This document shows positions 37,612 through 51,202 of a stretch of DNA of 64,000 bases, one piece after another. This DNA comes from Protoeuglena noctilucae (taxonomy: Eukaryota): the NCBI GenBank assembly GCA_958009085.1, contig OY253687.1, forward strand, positions 682,001 through 746,000, written 5' to 3'. The position numbers and the translations under genes were made by a program. Each line of letters starts with the position of its first letter. The first letter of the stretch is position 1. The notes under the pieces were generated by a model. That model had not been told where the DNA came from. It worked only from the letters and a program-made list of their open reading frames with translations, and searched no databases.

Positions 37612-40600
37612 CTAGCTCCCCGTGTCTGGCCCACCGCGTCCCGTCCCTGGCAATGGCCGGAGAGAGGCGGGGGCGGGAGAAGCGCGCTTCTTAGCACCAC
37701 TGCTGCTACCGGGCCCACCACTGCCTCCCTCGCTGCTTGCGGCACCACTGCCACTACCCTTAGATACCCCGCTCCCTTTGCTTCCCTTGCTGCTCGCACG
37801 GCTGCCACCACCCCTGCTCACCCCGCTCGTAGTGCCACCGTTGCTGCCGTCGCCACCGCCACTCCCCATGCCATCAGTCACGTCATCGCGGCTCACTCGG
37901 CTCCGAGCCTTGCCACTCCTGCTGCCACCCGCAGCGCTGCCACCCCCGCTGCCACGCCCACTGCCACCCTCAACCCCTCCCCCACTGCCGCCCTCAACCC
38001 CACCCCCGCCGCTCCCCCTCAGCCCCCCTCCCGCACTGTCGACACCGCCAGCCTCCACGTCCGCCCCCGCGCGCATCACGCCCTGCTCCCGGCACCACTC
38101 CAGCCATCGAGCCCATTTGGGGTCGTTGGATAGCGTGGCTGCGCTGCCAACCACCATGACACCCCGGCGGGCCCGGGTGAGAGCCACGTTCATGCGGCGG
38201 GGGTCTGGGGGCGATGAGAGAAGAACACAGGGTTCGTAATGGCTCAATATCGACAGAGGAGGGGTGGCTGAGTGCTGGAGTCAGTGCCACCCCGCATGCA
38301 AGATGCATTGTGTGATGACAAATGGTCACGGTCTCTCGCCTGCCACGAACCCCAGGCTCCCGTGACGGTTGCTCTTGACGGTGCTGATGATGACCAGGTC
38401 GGCCTCGCGGCCCTGGTAGCCGTCCACTGCGAGGGGCGGGGTGGGGCACGTGGCATGCGCTCGATTGCAGGTGAAGTCACCGTAGTGTAATCGTCGGCAG
38501 TTGTCACACCGCCGCCCTCTTACACCTGTCAATCACCAACAGTCACCACCACCACCACCACCCCACCCCTCACCCGTCGACACCGTCACGCACTCCCCCA
38601 GCAGAGGCGTCCTCCCGTCCACCACATCTGCGACGCGCGACGCCAACAGACGCGCTTGGCCGCGGTAGGGCGTCAGCAGAGCGACGGTCGGCCGCTCATT
38701 GACGAAAGCGCGGCTGCGGATGGCGGTGCGCAGCAGCGCGTCCACCAGTGCGGCCTCCTGGGTGGGTGTGAGTAAGGCAGGGGTGTTGGAATTGATATTT
38801 GAACATCACAACAGTGCTACTGGATGGTCCTCATCCCCCTCTTGCAACAACCACTCCCTCACCCCCTCACCCCAAGCCCAGCCTACACATCCCGGCATAC
38901 TCCCTCACTCCCTCACCCCAGCACCCCCCCAGCCCCCCCCAACCCCCAACCCACCCCCCACTCCACTCACAGTGGCGTTTTTCCAGGACTTGTTCTCGTC
39001 CCGGGATTCGAACCCGGGACCCACGTCCCACATGGCCACGGGCACCTCCGGGCTGGGCCAGGGCAGGCCGGGCAAAAGGGGTCGCTCGTGGGATTCGATC
39101 CCGGACCTCACGCGGCCCTGGTAGAAGAGGCGGGAGGGCAGGAGCGCAATGGCGGGGTGCATGCGGTACTGCACGTCGAGCAGCGCGGGCTCGAGTCCCG
39201 CCGTCATCAGTCGCTGGAAAAGGGTGTCGGAGAGCCCCGCGTCGGCGGCCTCCTTGGAGAGCACCGTGGGGGGGAGCTGGCGGGGGTCGCCAGCCAACAC
39301 GACCATCTGTGGAGTGGGGTGAGAGTGAAGGGGTGGGAGGGAAACGGTGAATGCAGAGGCGTGGGAGTGAGGCGTGGGAGTGAGGCGTGGGAGTGAAGGG
39401 AGAGCGGAGGAAGTGGGTGACAGGGTGCCTAGCTCCCCACCTGCGCCCCCCTGGTCAGTGGTATCAAGCAGTGTGCCTCGGGCACTTGCGCCGCCTCATC
39501 CACAACCACAGCTGTGAACTTCAGCCCCATCTCCGATATCACCGGGTCACCCGCAGCCGCGCACGTCGCCACGATCACTTGGCAGCGGCGCAGCAACTGG
39601 GCGGGAGGGAGAGAGGGATGGCAAACTAAGAGCGACACGGTTGGGCCATCTGCCCACCCTCACACTCAAGCACGTCCACCCTCACCCCACCACCCACTCT
39701 CACCTCCAACCCCACCCCCATGCACCCTCACCGCCCTCCCCACCCCCGCGACTACACCCTCCCCCCACCCCTCCCACCCTCACCTCTTTCCCCACCAATT
39801 TCAGCTCATCCCTCGCCTCCTCCCTCATCCTCACTGCCGCCCTCAGTTCCCTACGCAACCTCTCCCTCTCTTCCCACGCCTCCTCCGATGCCCTACCAGG
39901 TCCCCACTCCTGCGGACGAGACTTTGCTATGAGATGTCGATTAGTAAAACATTTGAATCGTTGCTTGCACTAACAATACTCCCGCCATCACTCATTGCTC
40001 AGACGGCATCGTTTCATAGTACTCATCTCGCCTTTATCATCCCCTCCAGTCGCGCCATCTTCTCTTCAGTCATCTCCACCCTCCCCATCGCCTCCCTCTC
40101 CCGTGCCGCAGCTGCCTGGCCCCGGGGGGATGACCTGGCGCGCGCCTCCAGGGTTTGGTCCCTGCAGGGATGGGTGGGGTAAGGCATCGTGTCTCCTAAT
40201 GCCAGTGTTTAGCGCACATGCAAACGCAAACACACAAACATACAGAGACACATATGCACACACACACTGCACGCACATGCACAAGCACACTTCGATATAT
40301 CATTGCACTGATACCCCCATCGTTTCACCTGAGCTCCTCCCGCACTCTGGCCGGGTTCCCCAGCCGCACCACGTCCACCCCTCTCTTCAACAACCCCTCG
40401 ACGATGTTGTCCGTCGCAGCATTGGTGCCCGCGCAGGCCAGGATGGGACCCATAAGCGCAGGTTTGATGGCAGTGGCGCCGCGGAGGTACTGCGGGGGAA
40501 AGAGGGGAGTGGTGGGCGTGATGGTGTGGGAGTGGTGGAGGTGGCGAGGTTAAGATTGGTATGGGAGTGGTGGAAGTGGATTGGGTCGGAAAGGTGTGGG

Positions 40601-42814
40601 AGTGGGGGGTGGGAGTGGTAGCATGGAGGTAGTGCGGGGTGGAGGGGGTGTGAGTGGGGTGGGAATGGTGTCGCGGCGCTGCATGGATCCGTCACCTGTG
40701 CAGATGCGCTGCCGCGCCTCGCAGGCACCCCGGGCCGCGCGCCCAGTGCTGCGTTGGCGGCCACCATCACTGTCAGAAGCCCCGTCAGAGTCGTGGTTTT
40801 GCCCGTGCCGGGGGGACCCTGCCAGAGCACCACGCTCCTGCAAAGAAAGTGGAGAGAGTGACTCATTAGTGCTATTACTCAGATGCATGTGCGGCAGTGG
40901 GTGTGGGTGTGGGTGTAGGTAGGGGTGGGGGTGGGGGTGTGTGTCAGTAAATCGAGTACAGCACGCCATGCGATGACAATTACCATGCTAGTGCATGTGC
41001 ATGTGCGTAACCCTGTGCATGTGCACGCGCCAGTCACCGCGTGAGTGCAGCCCCGATGGCCCTGCGTTGGCTGTCGTTGAGTCCGGGCAGCGATCGAAGG
41101 GCCTGTCCGGCCGCCTGCAGCCACGCCTGCTCCTCCACCCAGGGTGGGAGCATCTGCAGGCGAGGGATGGGGGGGTGGCGAGTGATGTCTAGTGACTGTT
41201 AAGCGATATTATTGATGCGGGTGTGGACAGCAGATGGAGCAGTGACGATGATGCGCAGTGTGGATGTACAGTAGCAGCCATGCAAGCAGACAGTGCAACA
41301 ATGCATGTAATCACATCAGCTATCCGGGACTCTCACCTTGGACAGCCGGGTTAGGTCCATGCTTGGCTAGCAGACAGGGTAACAGTGCAGCACTGTGCAA
41401 GAATACATTTGCAACTACACGACCCTTGCCTTGGACAGCCGGGTGAGGTCGATGCCTGGCACCGTGACCAGCACCCTCCGCACGTTCACTTCGCTGTCGG
41501 GGGGGATGGACTCACTCCACTCCCTGCAAAGATGGCGTGGGGATGAGCGATGTGGGGGTGTTGAGTGCTAGTGTGCAGCTGTTGAAGGGCTTGGTCTGAC
41601 TCCGATCCCTGCACACAATCCTACCTTGCCTCATGCACCACCCCTCTCCCATTCCCATCCTCACCCGAGGCCCTGTATGGCCCTCCTCAGCTGGTCGTAC
41701 ATCTTGTCCTCGACATCTTCGTCCATCCGCCACCCCACGTGGCACTCCGGGTCCTGCCGCAGCATGCGGGACAACTCCGCGCCCTGCTCCTCGCGCAGCG
41801 CCACCGAAACGTGCTCCCGCGTGACCTCCACCACCACGCCCTCGAACGACTTCACCGGGGCGGGCGCCTGGCATAGCACGGCACGATGCGAGGGGTTAGG
41901 GTGGGGGTGAGGGAGAGGGTGGCAGTGAGGGTGGGGGTACAGCGGGAGGGTGTCAGCAGTGACTTAACATCAGCAGTGGCGTTGCTGAGCGGAATGCAGA
42001 AGGAAGGGGACAAGCGACACGCACCCCCCGCCCTCGCCTCTTCCTCGCCGGACTCCCCGTCGCCCACCCACAGCGCCCCGTTCGCCTCCACCTCCGCCTC
42101 GTCCGGAGCCGCGCTCGCCGGCGCGTCGCCCCGCGCTGGGCGCCCGGAGGCGCCTGCCCTCGACCCCGATCGGCGCGCCGGCTGCTCCGCCGGGCGCCCC
42201 GAAGCGGGTTTTGTATTTGCATTATTTGTCTTGTCGACGCGCGAGACGCGGACGTTGTCTCGGACGGAGAAGCGGTGCCTGCGCATCGTGCCACCGCCGG
42301 CGGGCGTGAGGCGGAAGACGACGTCCGAAAACATCTCGCCCTGCCGCTCGCACGCCAGGTTTGTCACGACGATGCCTTCCCGCTCCAGCGCGGCCAGGCT
42401 CCGGCTGCTGTAGCGCGCTATCTGCGCGGGAAATGCAGGTCCTGCGTCATGCCACGCTCCCAGTGCAGCTGCGGCCGGGCGGACGAGAGGGCGCAGCACG
42501 CATGCGCAGCCACACATGCAGCGCATAGATTCAGCTAAGCGATGCTCGACGGCGCATGGTGCTCGCGCAAAATGCTGCCCCCGGCATGTCACCATTTGCT
42601 CCTTCTGTGCCGCGCGCTCCAACTCAATCGCCATCAGCAGGCGCTTCTGGCGCTCCTTGACGACTTCTCCGAGCGTCACGACGCCATTGGCAGAACCCGC
42701 TCCGCCCCCGCGCCCCGGATGGCCTCGGCGGTCCTCCCTGCCGTCGCCTCGACCCCTTCGCTGACCCCCGACAGCCCCCGTTCGCCATAAACGATGCAGA
42801 GAAACCTGCGGCAT
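37612..42814 (-). CDS. Superfamily 1 Upf1-like helicase, IGHMBP2/SMUBP-2-like, with Gly/Ser-rich tail
   Basis: [59 protein letters not shown]-terminal LLMAIELER...HRFSVRD. Confidence 0.9.
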
Positions 42815-43608
42815 CGACTTAGAGCAGTTATAAAGCCTTGCCTGCACGCCACAGGGAAGCGTTGCTGAACGCATGCCTCCCACGGCGGGCTTCAGCCCCT
42901 ACCCGACCAGCGCATCATCACCTCGCGATCGTTGACATCTCTGGTACGCAATCCAGATCCGCACTGCCGACAGCGCCATCGTTCGGGGCCCGCCAAAGCC
43001 GCACGCCGGGCCGCCGGCCCCGGCGCCGCGCAGGCTCGCATAGGCCGAGCCTCCCCCTCCCCACAAGACAGCGCTGATCTATTGCGCCGCCATGCGCCCC
43101 CTTTCACTGGGCCTCCGGCTTCCCAGGGCTGTGCATACGCAAGTGGAAAGGATCGTTGCGTTGCTCCTCCCAACCAAGGCCAGCTCCTTCCGACACAACC
43201 CAGCGGATGCCGTGGGCGACCACCGACATGTGCATCGGCAGCAGCGCAAGCCTCGACTGACGACTGCCTGACTCGCGCCGGAGCACGACGCACCTGGTAC
43301 TGGCGCACCCGCTTCTCGCTCCTCGATCCGAGAGTTGTTGCCGGCCACAGTTCATGCCGCTTGTCGCGAGTCACATCGGAGTTTTGCGCTTCCGGATATT
43401 AGGCCAGCCATCGCACGTCGAGCGGCATCTGCGACGATCTACGAACAGGCCGGACGGGCCAGCTTGCCGACGACCTGCGCGGCCTGCGCGATGGCATTTG
43501 GCCGTATATAGTGCGAGGTATCCGTTTGTAGCGCCGTCGGATTTACGGCCGGCTCTCGCGGCCGGGAGGGGGGACGCTGGCCGCACGCGGTTGCGGCCAG
43601 CAATTGCG

Positions 43609-46600
43609 ATGCCGCCGCCATGGTCCAGGCGGCCGGCGGGCCTGGCGCTTCGGAGCGCTGACGCGGGTTGGTGCGGCCTGCAACGGACTGGGGCCAGCGC
43701 GCCAGCGGGCGCGCTCCCGATTGCCATCGGCTGTCGTTGCGCTGCCGGGCCGTCCAGCGCCTCAGGGACCCCAGCGATCGGCGGGAGCTTCGGTGGGCGT
43801 CGTGGGTTTGCATCGGCGCTTGTGCGTCTGGTCCTCCAGACGCTCTCAGCCGACGTGGGGGGGTTGGGGGGCGCGTACGTAAGGCAGGCGCGCCCGATGG
43901 CTGCGGTAGCGCACGCGCACCACCAGGCGCGGACCATCGCGTGGAAGATATTCGACGAAATGAAGGTCCTGCACACGGTCAAGGCGCCGACGTCGCTCCG
44001 GAAGGACGCTGGTGAGTGGGCGAGATGGGCCGCTAGAGCTCCGCGGCCGCCGACGCCCCGCGGAGCGCACGCTGCGTTGTGTTCATGCGCCTCTCTAACA
44101 CAGAATCATTTACGCCGTCTCGCGCAGGCTCCCACGTGCCCCTGCCGGTGATGACGGGCCTGCCCAGCACGTGGGCCGGGCTGCGGCAGGCCGTCCGGCA
44201 GGTGCAGCGCGAGGCGGCAGAGGAGCTGCATCATGCGTGGGAGTATATCTCATCCGTGGCCGGCGGGAGCTACGAGAGCCTGGGGAAGGTGCAGGAACAG
44301 CTGGCGAACTACCGGTGAGGGTGGAGCGCAAAGGGCAGAGTGGGCCCATGATGGCCCCAGTTTGATGGCTGCAAGGGTGATGCCAGGGGTCTGGACACTG
44401 CACTGATTGTAATACCCACGTTTACGTTTCCTCTCAGGGGTCTGATCGAATCCAAGATCAATCTGGAAATCCTCCCATATCGTGTGGCAGTGGAGCCCCG
44501 CCTCGTGGCCCTGCTGTGCTCTTTGGAGGTGAGGAGGGCACCGGCAGATGCGTCATTGAAGTGGAGCCACCTTGATCAACTCACTCTTGCTTATGTAGTT
44601 GCTCAAGCCATCACCATAGTCACAATAGTGCCATTCCAGCTCAACACGCACCCGCACCCGCAGCTCGACACGGCGGCGCGCAAGATGGTGCTGTATTCGG
44701 TCCCAGCCGCCCTGGGGGAGCTGTGGCGCAGCACGGACCCCTCCTACGTGAGCCCGCGCAAGCGCCTGGGCATTATGCCGGAATCGCGTTTGCCCAAGTC
44801 GCTGAGGGACAGGGCCGAGGCGGGGACGTGGATGCACCGCAACGTGGCCGTGCCGCTGTCCAGGCTCGCGCACGAGGTGGCCATGGGTGAGTGCCGGGAC
44901 AGAGGAACAGAGGCAGGGGCAGGGGCAACAGCTGGGGTCGATGGTTGGGGCAGTGGCATGCAAGATGGCAATGGATGAGTGGCGGGACAGATGCATGCAA
45001 GGTAGTTATACGTGCTGCACCCTCTCTGATGACAGTCTCCCTTCATCACCCCACCTGACCGCAGTGGCCCGCGCCGTCGCGCTCTCGTGGCTCTTTGCGC
45101 CCGTCCTGTACTCCGCCCCCCTCGTGTTCAGCTTCGACTATGGCCGCGACGCCTGGTGCCGGCTGCTGGTGTGGACGCTCGAAGTCGCCGGCCCTGCGTT
45201 TATCAAGTGGGGCCAGTGGGCTGCCACGCGGCCCGACCTGCTGCCGCGCGACGTCTGCGACGCTCTGGGGAGACTCCACGCCAACGCCAAGGCGCATTCG
45301 TTCAAGGAGGTGAGGGAGATGGGGGAAGGGGTGGTGAGGGAGGCGCCATTGTTTTAGGGACACCCTTGAACACGGAGGAGGGGTGCTCAGTAACGCGCAC
45401 TTCTGCTCGCCGTGACCCCCGCTCTCCATGCTCGCGCTCAAAGTAACGAGTGCCCTTGTCTGCAGACAGAGAGGATGGTGCGGCAGGCGTTCGGCCGGCC
45501 CTTGGATTACCTTTTCGAGGACTTTGAGACGGAGCCGATCGCATCGGGGAGCATTGCGCAGATCCACCGGGCGGTGCTGAGCGAGGCGGGGGCGGCGGAG
45601 ACGGGGTATCCCCAGGGAATGATGGTGGCGATCAAGGTGAGCCACCGCCCCGCGCTTCTTGGCTGTGTGACTGCACGTCACGTTCCTTTCGTCACGCTTC
45701 TTCATGCGTCACGCCCGGCGCTCGTCGCGCAGGTGCGCCACCCGGGCGTGTCGGAGATGATGGAGAAGGACTTTGCGTTGATGGAGCGCATCGCCGAGCT
45801 GGTGGGGAGCCTGGAGAGCCTGCAGTGGGTGCGGCTGGACGAGAGCATCAAGCAGTTCGGGGCGCCCATGCGGTGAGCTTATAGACGCACGCACATATGT
45901 GTTTTATACCAAACAAGCCATCGCGCGTGCGTCTGAGCCGCAGGCGGGCTCCTCGCGGTCAGCTGCACAACACGTTTTCCCTTCGGTCCCCGTCCTCAGG
46001 GAGCAGCTGGACCTGCGCAACGAGGCGCGCAATCTCGATCGCTTCAACGCCAACTTTCGCCGGTGGCCCGAGTGCTGGTTCCCGGAGCCCCTCAAGCCGC
46101 TGGTGACGGAGGATGTGCTGGTGGAGACGTTCGAGTACGGGGAGAGCGTCCTGCGGTACGTGGACGGGACGGCGCGAGCGCTCATCAAGGACGATCCCAG
46201 CGCCACGCCGCTTCGGTGAGAAGCGGGCGCGGAAGGGCAGGATGGCCCAGGCGGCGCGTGGTGCACACGCGGTGCTGCTACTGCACCCTTCTGCGAACGT
46301 GCGTGTTGCCGTTCGATCTCGCAGGACGCACATCTGCAGCATCGGCGTCAACATCTTCTTCAAGATGGTCCTGAACGACAACTTCATCCACGCCGACATG
46401 CACCCGGGGAACGGTGCGTGGGCAGTGCCGCGTCCAGCGCAGCCTGAGACCAACTTCAGTGCGGCCTGAACATTCAGGAGCTTATCAGCACCTCTGGACT
46501 CACGGATTCCATCGCGGCTGGTCTTACCGACGGCCTAGGCCCTCACCCTCCCCCGCAGTGATCGTCATGGCGGACCCCCATCGCGTGCGGACGTGGCCGC

Positions 46601-47536
46601 GCCGTGTGGTGAGCAGCTTCCAGCCCTGGGACCCCATCGCCAAGGTCATTATGCTGGACGCCGGCATGGCCGTGTCTTTGAAGAAGCAGGAGCAGCTCGA
46701 GGTCATGCGCTTCTTCCAGGCTTGCACGGGGCTCGACGGGAGGTCGGCTGGGAAGTCAGGTGCGATGTCTGACCCGTATGGTGCGATGTATGAGTAAACG
46801 CGCACATCGTGACTATCTAGACTGGCCGCCCCTGCTGCTTGGCTGTTTGGCGAGGAGCGAGGACGCGGGGAGTGTTGTGGCGCCTGCAGTGCTCAAGCTG
46901 GGCCGTCAGACGGCGTCGCCCGAGCAGCAGCGGGTGTACGTCGAGGCGATGGAAAAGTATTTCGGGACGCTGACGGAGGAGGACCTCAAGCACCGGAGTT
47001 CCGAAGTGCTGTCCCAGGTACGCTGCCCTTGCTTGCCAGGTGCATCCAGGACAGCCGGCTGGCACCGGCAAGGCAACTCGCGTGCGGGATGACGTGGTCG
47101 TTGTGCCGGCAGCATGTGGCGATGCGACGCGTGACTGAGGGAGCTGCACGTGTCTTGTGATGGCGGCACTTGGAACTGTTGGCCACGCGCTGCTGACGGT
47201 TGGGGCCCACTTGTCGCTTGTCGTTGCAGACGATGGATCTCTTGCGGCAGCACCGCATCAACGTCAGCGGAGTAGTCTCCACTCTCCTCGTACAGATGTT
47301 CGTCCTGGAGGCGAGTCGCGGCGGCGCCTGGCTCGCAGATGTGCTGGCATGGGCGCGGCCCTGACGGCTCTAACGGCCCGTCCTGCGCCGCCCGTTTGCA
47401 GGGGTGGGCGAGCCGACTGGACAACGAGGTCCGCATCATGGAAATCCTCAAGGTCATGATTCCCACCGCCTGGAATTACCGCTTCCCAGGGGCCGTGGAC
47501 AGGCTCATGCGCGCGTCCACGGCCACCGTGCGCTGA
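43609..47536 (+). CDS. ABC1/UbiB atypical kinase, ADCK2/Cqd1-like
   Basis: GPAFIKWGQWAATRPDL, PIASGSIAQIHRA, VAIKVRHPGV, QLDLRNEA, NFIHADMHPGN, MLDAGM. Confidence 0.92.
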
Positions 47537-48126
47537 TGTCGCTGCTACGTCTGAAAGGCGAGATAAATGGCTTGCCAGCAGTGAAGATTCAAGAAATCTT
47601 TAAGAAGACGATGGTACCGTCTTCTTACCCTTGAAACCCTCTACCCGCACGAGGTTAGGATGCTATAGGGAAACCCAGGAAGGGAAAGAGCAGCATGGCG
47701 CAGCAGACAGGACGCTCGCTCATGGGTGGGCACGCGGAACGGGCAGCACTGGGCGCTGTCTATGCGAGGAACGGTCGCTCAAAGGGCGGCAGAGGAAGCC
47801 CGTAGGGTCGGGCGGACGCCCAACGGCATCGGGCAAGCGGTGCGGCGGCTGCCACGCTCCCGACGCAGACGGGGTGGGAGTGGAGCCGGGCTGAGGCGGC
47901 GGGCTCACTGGTCCACCAGCGGGAAGGCCCTGCTGCATTGGAAGGTGCCACTGGGCGCCGCTGGTGACAGGGAAACACCGCCCTCTGCACACTGGGGCCC
48001 GCCGCCCCATCATGGCGGTGCTCGGGCACGCAGGCCAATGGGTAAAAGGGCAACGAATGGGGATGGAAGGCGTGGGGCGGTGCGTGAGGCGCCACTGGAT
48101 GCGCTACGCGAGCCACCGCAGGCGGA

Positions 48127-49200
48127 CTACAACACTAAATCTGCGCCCCACCTTGGATGATAAGCTCCAGACCGGAACCACTGCCAGGGGAGTCGCCTGG
48201 CCAGATTGTCCATTAGCTCCCTCCACTTCTGCGAGTCTGGCTTACCCACACCCGCCCGGTTGTGCAGCCGGGCCATCAGCACTGACAGCCTCACGCCGTT
48301 TGGCACAACGTCCGGGGCCTGCACTGGCAGGTGCACCTGGTTTGCCTCCCTTTCCTCCAGAAGCACGCCCCCGCCTACGACCAGCCGCAGCTGCGGCAGC
48401 CCAAAGGGCACGGAGTTGTGCATGGGATGCTCGATCTTGAGCAGCATCATCGGGTAGCTCAGGCTGTTACAGCCCGTGAGTGCCGGCTCGATCTTCTCCC
48501 ACAGCTGTGCGGGCGCATCCTTGTTTCCCCCCATCGCTTTCTTGATCAGGTCCACGCACGGGACCACAAAGTCATCCTTGGCCATGAGTTCATCGAGGTA
48601 GGACTCCTCCGCCTTGGGCCTGGAGTCGTGGAACCAGAGCTCCACCTGCAAAACATCACTACCATTACCCACTCAGACGACCAAAGCAGACATGGGAATG
48701 TATGAAGGCACCTCTGTTAATACTGTTACTCGCCTCGCCCCCTGGCGAAGTGGCGGTGTGGGCGTCACTGTCCCTGCCTCGCTGGAACTCGACCACGGCA
48801 GCGTCCAGCGGCATCCGCTTGATATGCCAGACCATGAAAGAAAGGCAGTTCTTCAGACTTGCAGAGACGCCCGCCTTGTCCACCATGTCGTTCCACTTGG
48901 ACGCTATGAACGTGAGGAACTGGTCGGAGCTCACTCCTGCACTCCTGCACGCACGAAGACGGACGGAGCAGCGAATTGGAAGTTGTAGCCGTAAACCGCC
49001 GGATCGTAGTGCGGGATAATCAAGACGTGACGGACGGTGTTGACCGCTGGGTTGGGCGACCCCACACTGACGTAGAGCAGGCCAACACGGGTGTGGCCGT
49101 AGCTGAACCCGCTCCGGATGGCCTGCGTCACCGCCGCGTTGACATCAAAGGAGATCCCGCTTTCCTGCTGGTCCCAGTCAGCCGGATCCAGCGCCGCCAT
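48127..49200 (-). pseudogene. Orphan two-exon gene frameshifted by an 8-bp tandem duplication
   Basis: Removing one actcctgc copy (48933-48948) fuses the ORFs (FVRAG-VSSDQ). GC-AG intron 48733-48646 is in phase 0. Confidence 0.55.
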
Positions 49201-49990
49201 GTTCCCCTTCTGTGCGCCACCCACTGCGCGCAAGAGTCGCAGCCCTGCGCACACTCGGGACGCAGATACGAGTGGCAGGATCTAGCGTAGCCATCTCCGC
49301 ACAGCGTGAGCGCAGGCCAGCGCCGTCCGCGAACGAGCGGCGCGGCGTCTTCACGACTGCGCACAGGTGCACCTGCAACGGCCGCCCGCATCCGTCGGGG
49401 GTGCAACGCCGACTTGGAGGCCTGCCGCCGAGCTAGATGGAAAGCTTGTAAATTCCGGATTGCACCGCACTCTATAGGTGGGGAAAAGTGCCCGTGCCGG
49501 AGAAAAAGTCATGCGCATTGCGCGAGGGACGCGTGCGAAGGCGGACGGGCGCCAGCTCGGCGCTCAAGTTCTTAGCGGTATTGACGAAAGACGTCTCGCG
49601 ACGGCGACCGACGCGGCGGGGCCGAACGGGTCCGCGAGGCGGCCCGGCGACCGTGCGTGATGCGGACGGCAGCTTTGAAAGGAGATAATGCGAGGGGCGG
49701 CTGCCGCGGGGCGTCCGCGGCGCGACAGACGCAGCCCGGAGCTGGCTGCAGTGGGCAGGGATCGCGCGCGCTCCGCGGACGACGGCGACGACCTCGCGGC
49801 GGCGACGTGTCCGTTATGACGGGCGCGATCGCACCGCGCGGTACGCAAGGGCCCGGACGTCCCGGCGACCGAGTGCCGGGCGCGCGCAGCGATGCCGTGC
49901 CGCAGCGTTCAACGGGGGCGATCCTGGTGGCTACCGGCGCCGTGCGACGCGCACGCGGCTATGCGTGGGCGGGCCGCGACGAGGACAGGG

Positions 49991-50350
49991 TCACGGCGCC
50001 GCGCGGAGTGCGGCCAGCGACGCGTGGGCCGGGCGCATGTGGCGCATCGCGTGGAGGACCTGGACGATCTTCAGGTCGACCCCGCAGGCCCGGAAGATCT
50101 TCTTGAACTCCTCCCTGCTGTGCCTGACGAAATGCAGCTGCGCGGTTGACTGGACGCGCGACATGGCCACGTACGCGTGGCCGCTGGCGAAGCATCTCGC
50201 GAGGTCGACGAGGACGTCGGTGGCGTACGTGCTGCCCTGGGCCTTGTGCACCGTCATGGCAAAGGCGGCTCGCAGCGGGAATGCCTCCACCCGGTTCTCC
50301 TTGTCGTGCACGCGGAAGTGGAAGTCGCGACGCGTGATGGGGGTCATGTG
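49991..50350 (-). mobile_element. Fragment of Pif1/Helitron-type SF1B helicase C-terminus (Helitron-like relic)
   Basis: FPLRAAFAMTVHKAQGST...VDL...F..GHAYVAMSRV corresponds to helicase motifs V/VI. No N-terminal motifs nearby. Confidence 0.75.
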
Positions 50351-50440
50351 ATGGTCACACGAATCCCATCCTGGTGAACGCCGGTCGCCCCACTTGGGAC
50401 ACACTTGCCATCCGCAGTACCCACAGTCCACCTGGAAAAC

Positions 50441-51202
50441 TAGTCAGGCAGGGTTGACACCCCCAACTCTGGCCCGTACACGCCATGGCTGTCAGGCTGA
50501 CGGCACGAATCGCATACTTATACAGCTGGTTGTCATAAACGACGTCCGTGCGCTTGTCCACCACGTGTGCCTCCGTGCCCGGCAGCCGAAACGACACCGA
50601 CACCAGGGGAATGCACAAGTACTGGCCCGCCTTCACGACCGACGCATGCCTCCTCAAGGGCATCTTTGTGCCCGACGAGAACATCAACCCTTTCAACACC
50701 CTCACCAACGACGGACGCGAGCAAAGGTGCGCGCAGCTTCCCATTGCAAACCCGCAGCGCACAGCCGCTCACACTACGATGCACGCTACCCCCTATTCCC
50801 CCAAACCCCAGGCATCACCTCCCTCATCGAGGTCGACAAAAGGTACCGCATCGACACCTCCGCTTTCCAGTCCTCGCCGAACCCCAACCAGAAGAGCCTC
50901 CTCTCGCGCCCACGGCGCGACCAAGGCCGACGTGGACCGCATCCTCACCGAGATGACCCACGACGCCGCCACGCCCAAGGCCATCCACGACCTACTCCTG
51001 ACCCGCGATGACGCTGACGATGACTGACGCGTATGCCACTGCATGCCTCGCCCTGCTGCTAACCTCCCATACACGCAATTGACCCTCAAAACCCACATCC
51101 TCCTTTATACCCCCTCCTGCGCGACTAAGCCGGGGGCCTGGGCCCCCCGGTCCTGATGATTACTGGCCGGTCAGATTGGGACTACCGGTCCGGTCTGACT
51201 GG
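50441..51202. mobile_element. Degenerate segment bounded by hairpins, with a broken plus-strand ORF; possible Helitron-type termini
   Basis: Minus-strand hairpin followed by CTAG|T at about 50441-50472. GC hairpin at 51130-51150 and a second at 51167-51202. The ORF remnant at 50540-51027 has a stop and frameshifts. Confidence 0.35.

Noticed and set aside
40215..40290. CA-rich or telomere-like repeat
   Set aside because: Ordinary degenerate (CA)n intronic microsatellite with no fixed telomeric unit.
49991..50431. Intact cellular PIF1 gene
   Set aside because: Only motifs V/VI are present. No Walker A/B exons were found upstream and the neighbouring sequence is degenerate.
51150..51202. Hammerhead ribozyme or C/D snoRNA (CTGATGA ... 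CTGA)
   Set aside because: No GAAA core for a hammerhead. The C-to-D spacing is short and no guide is evident. Kept only as an unexplained hairpin.
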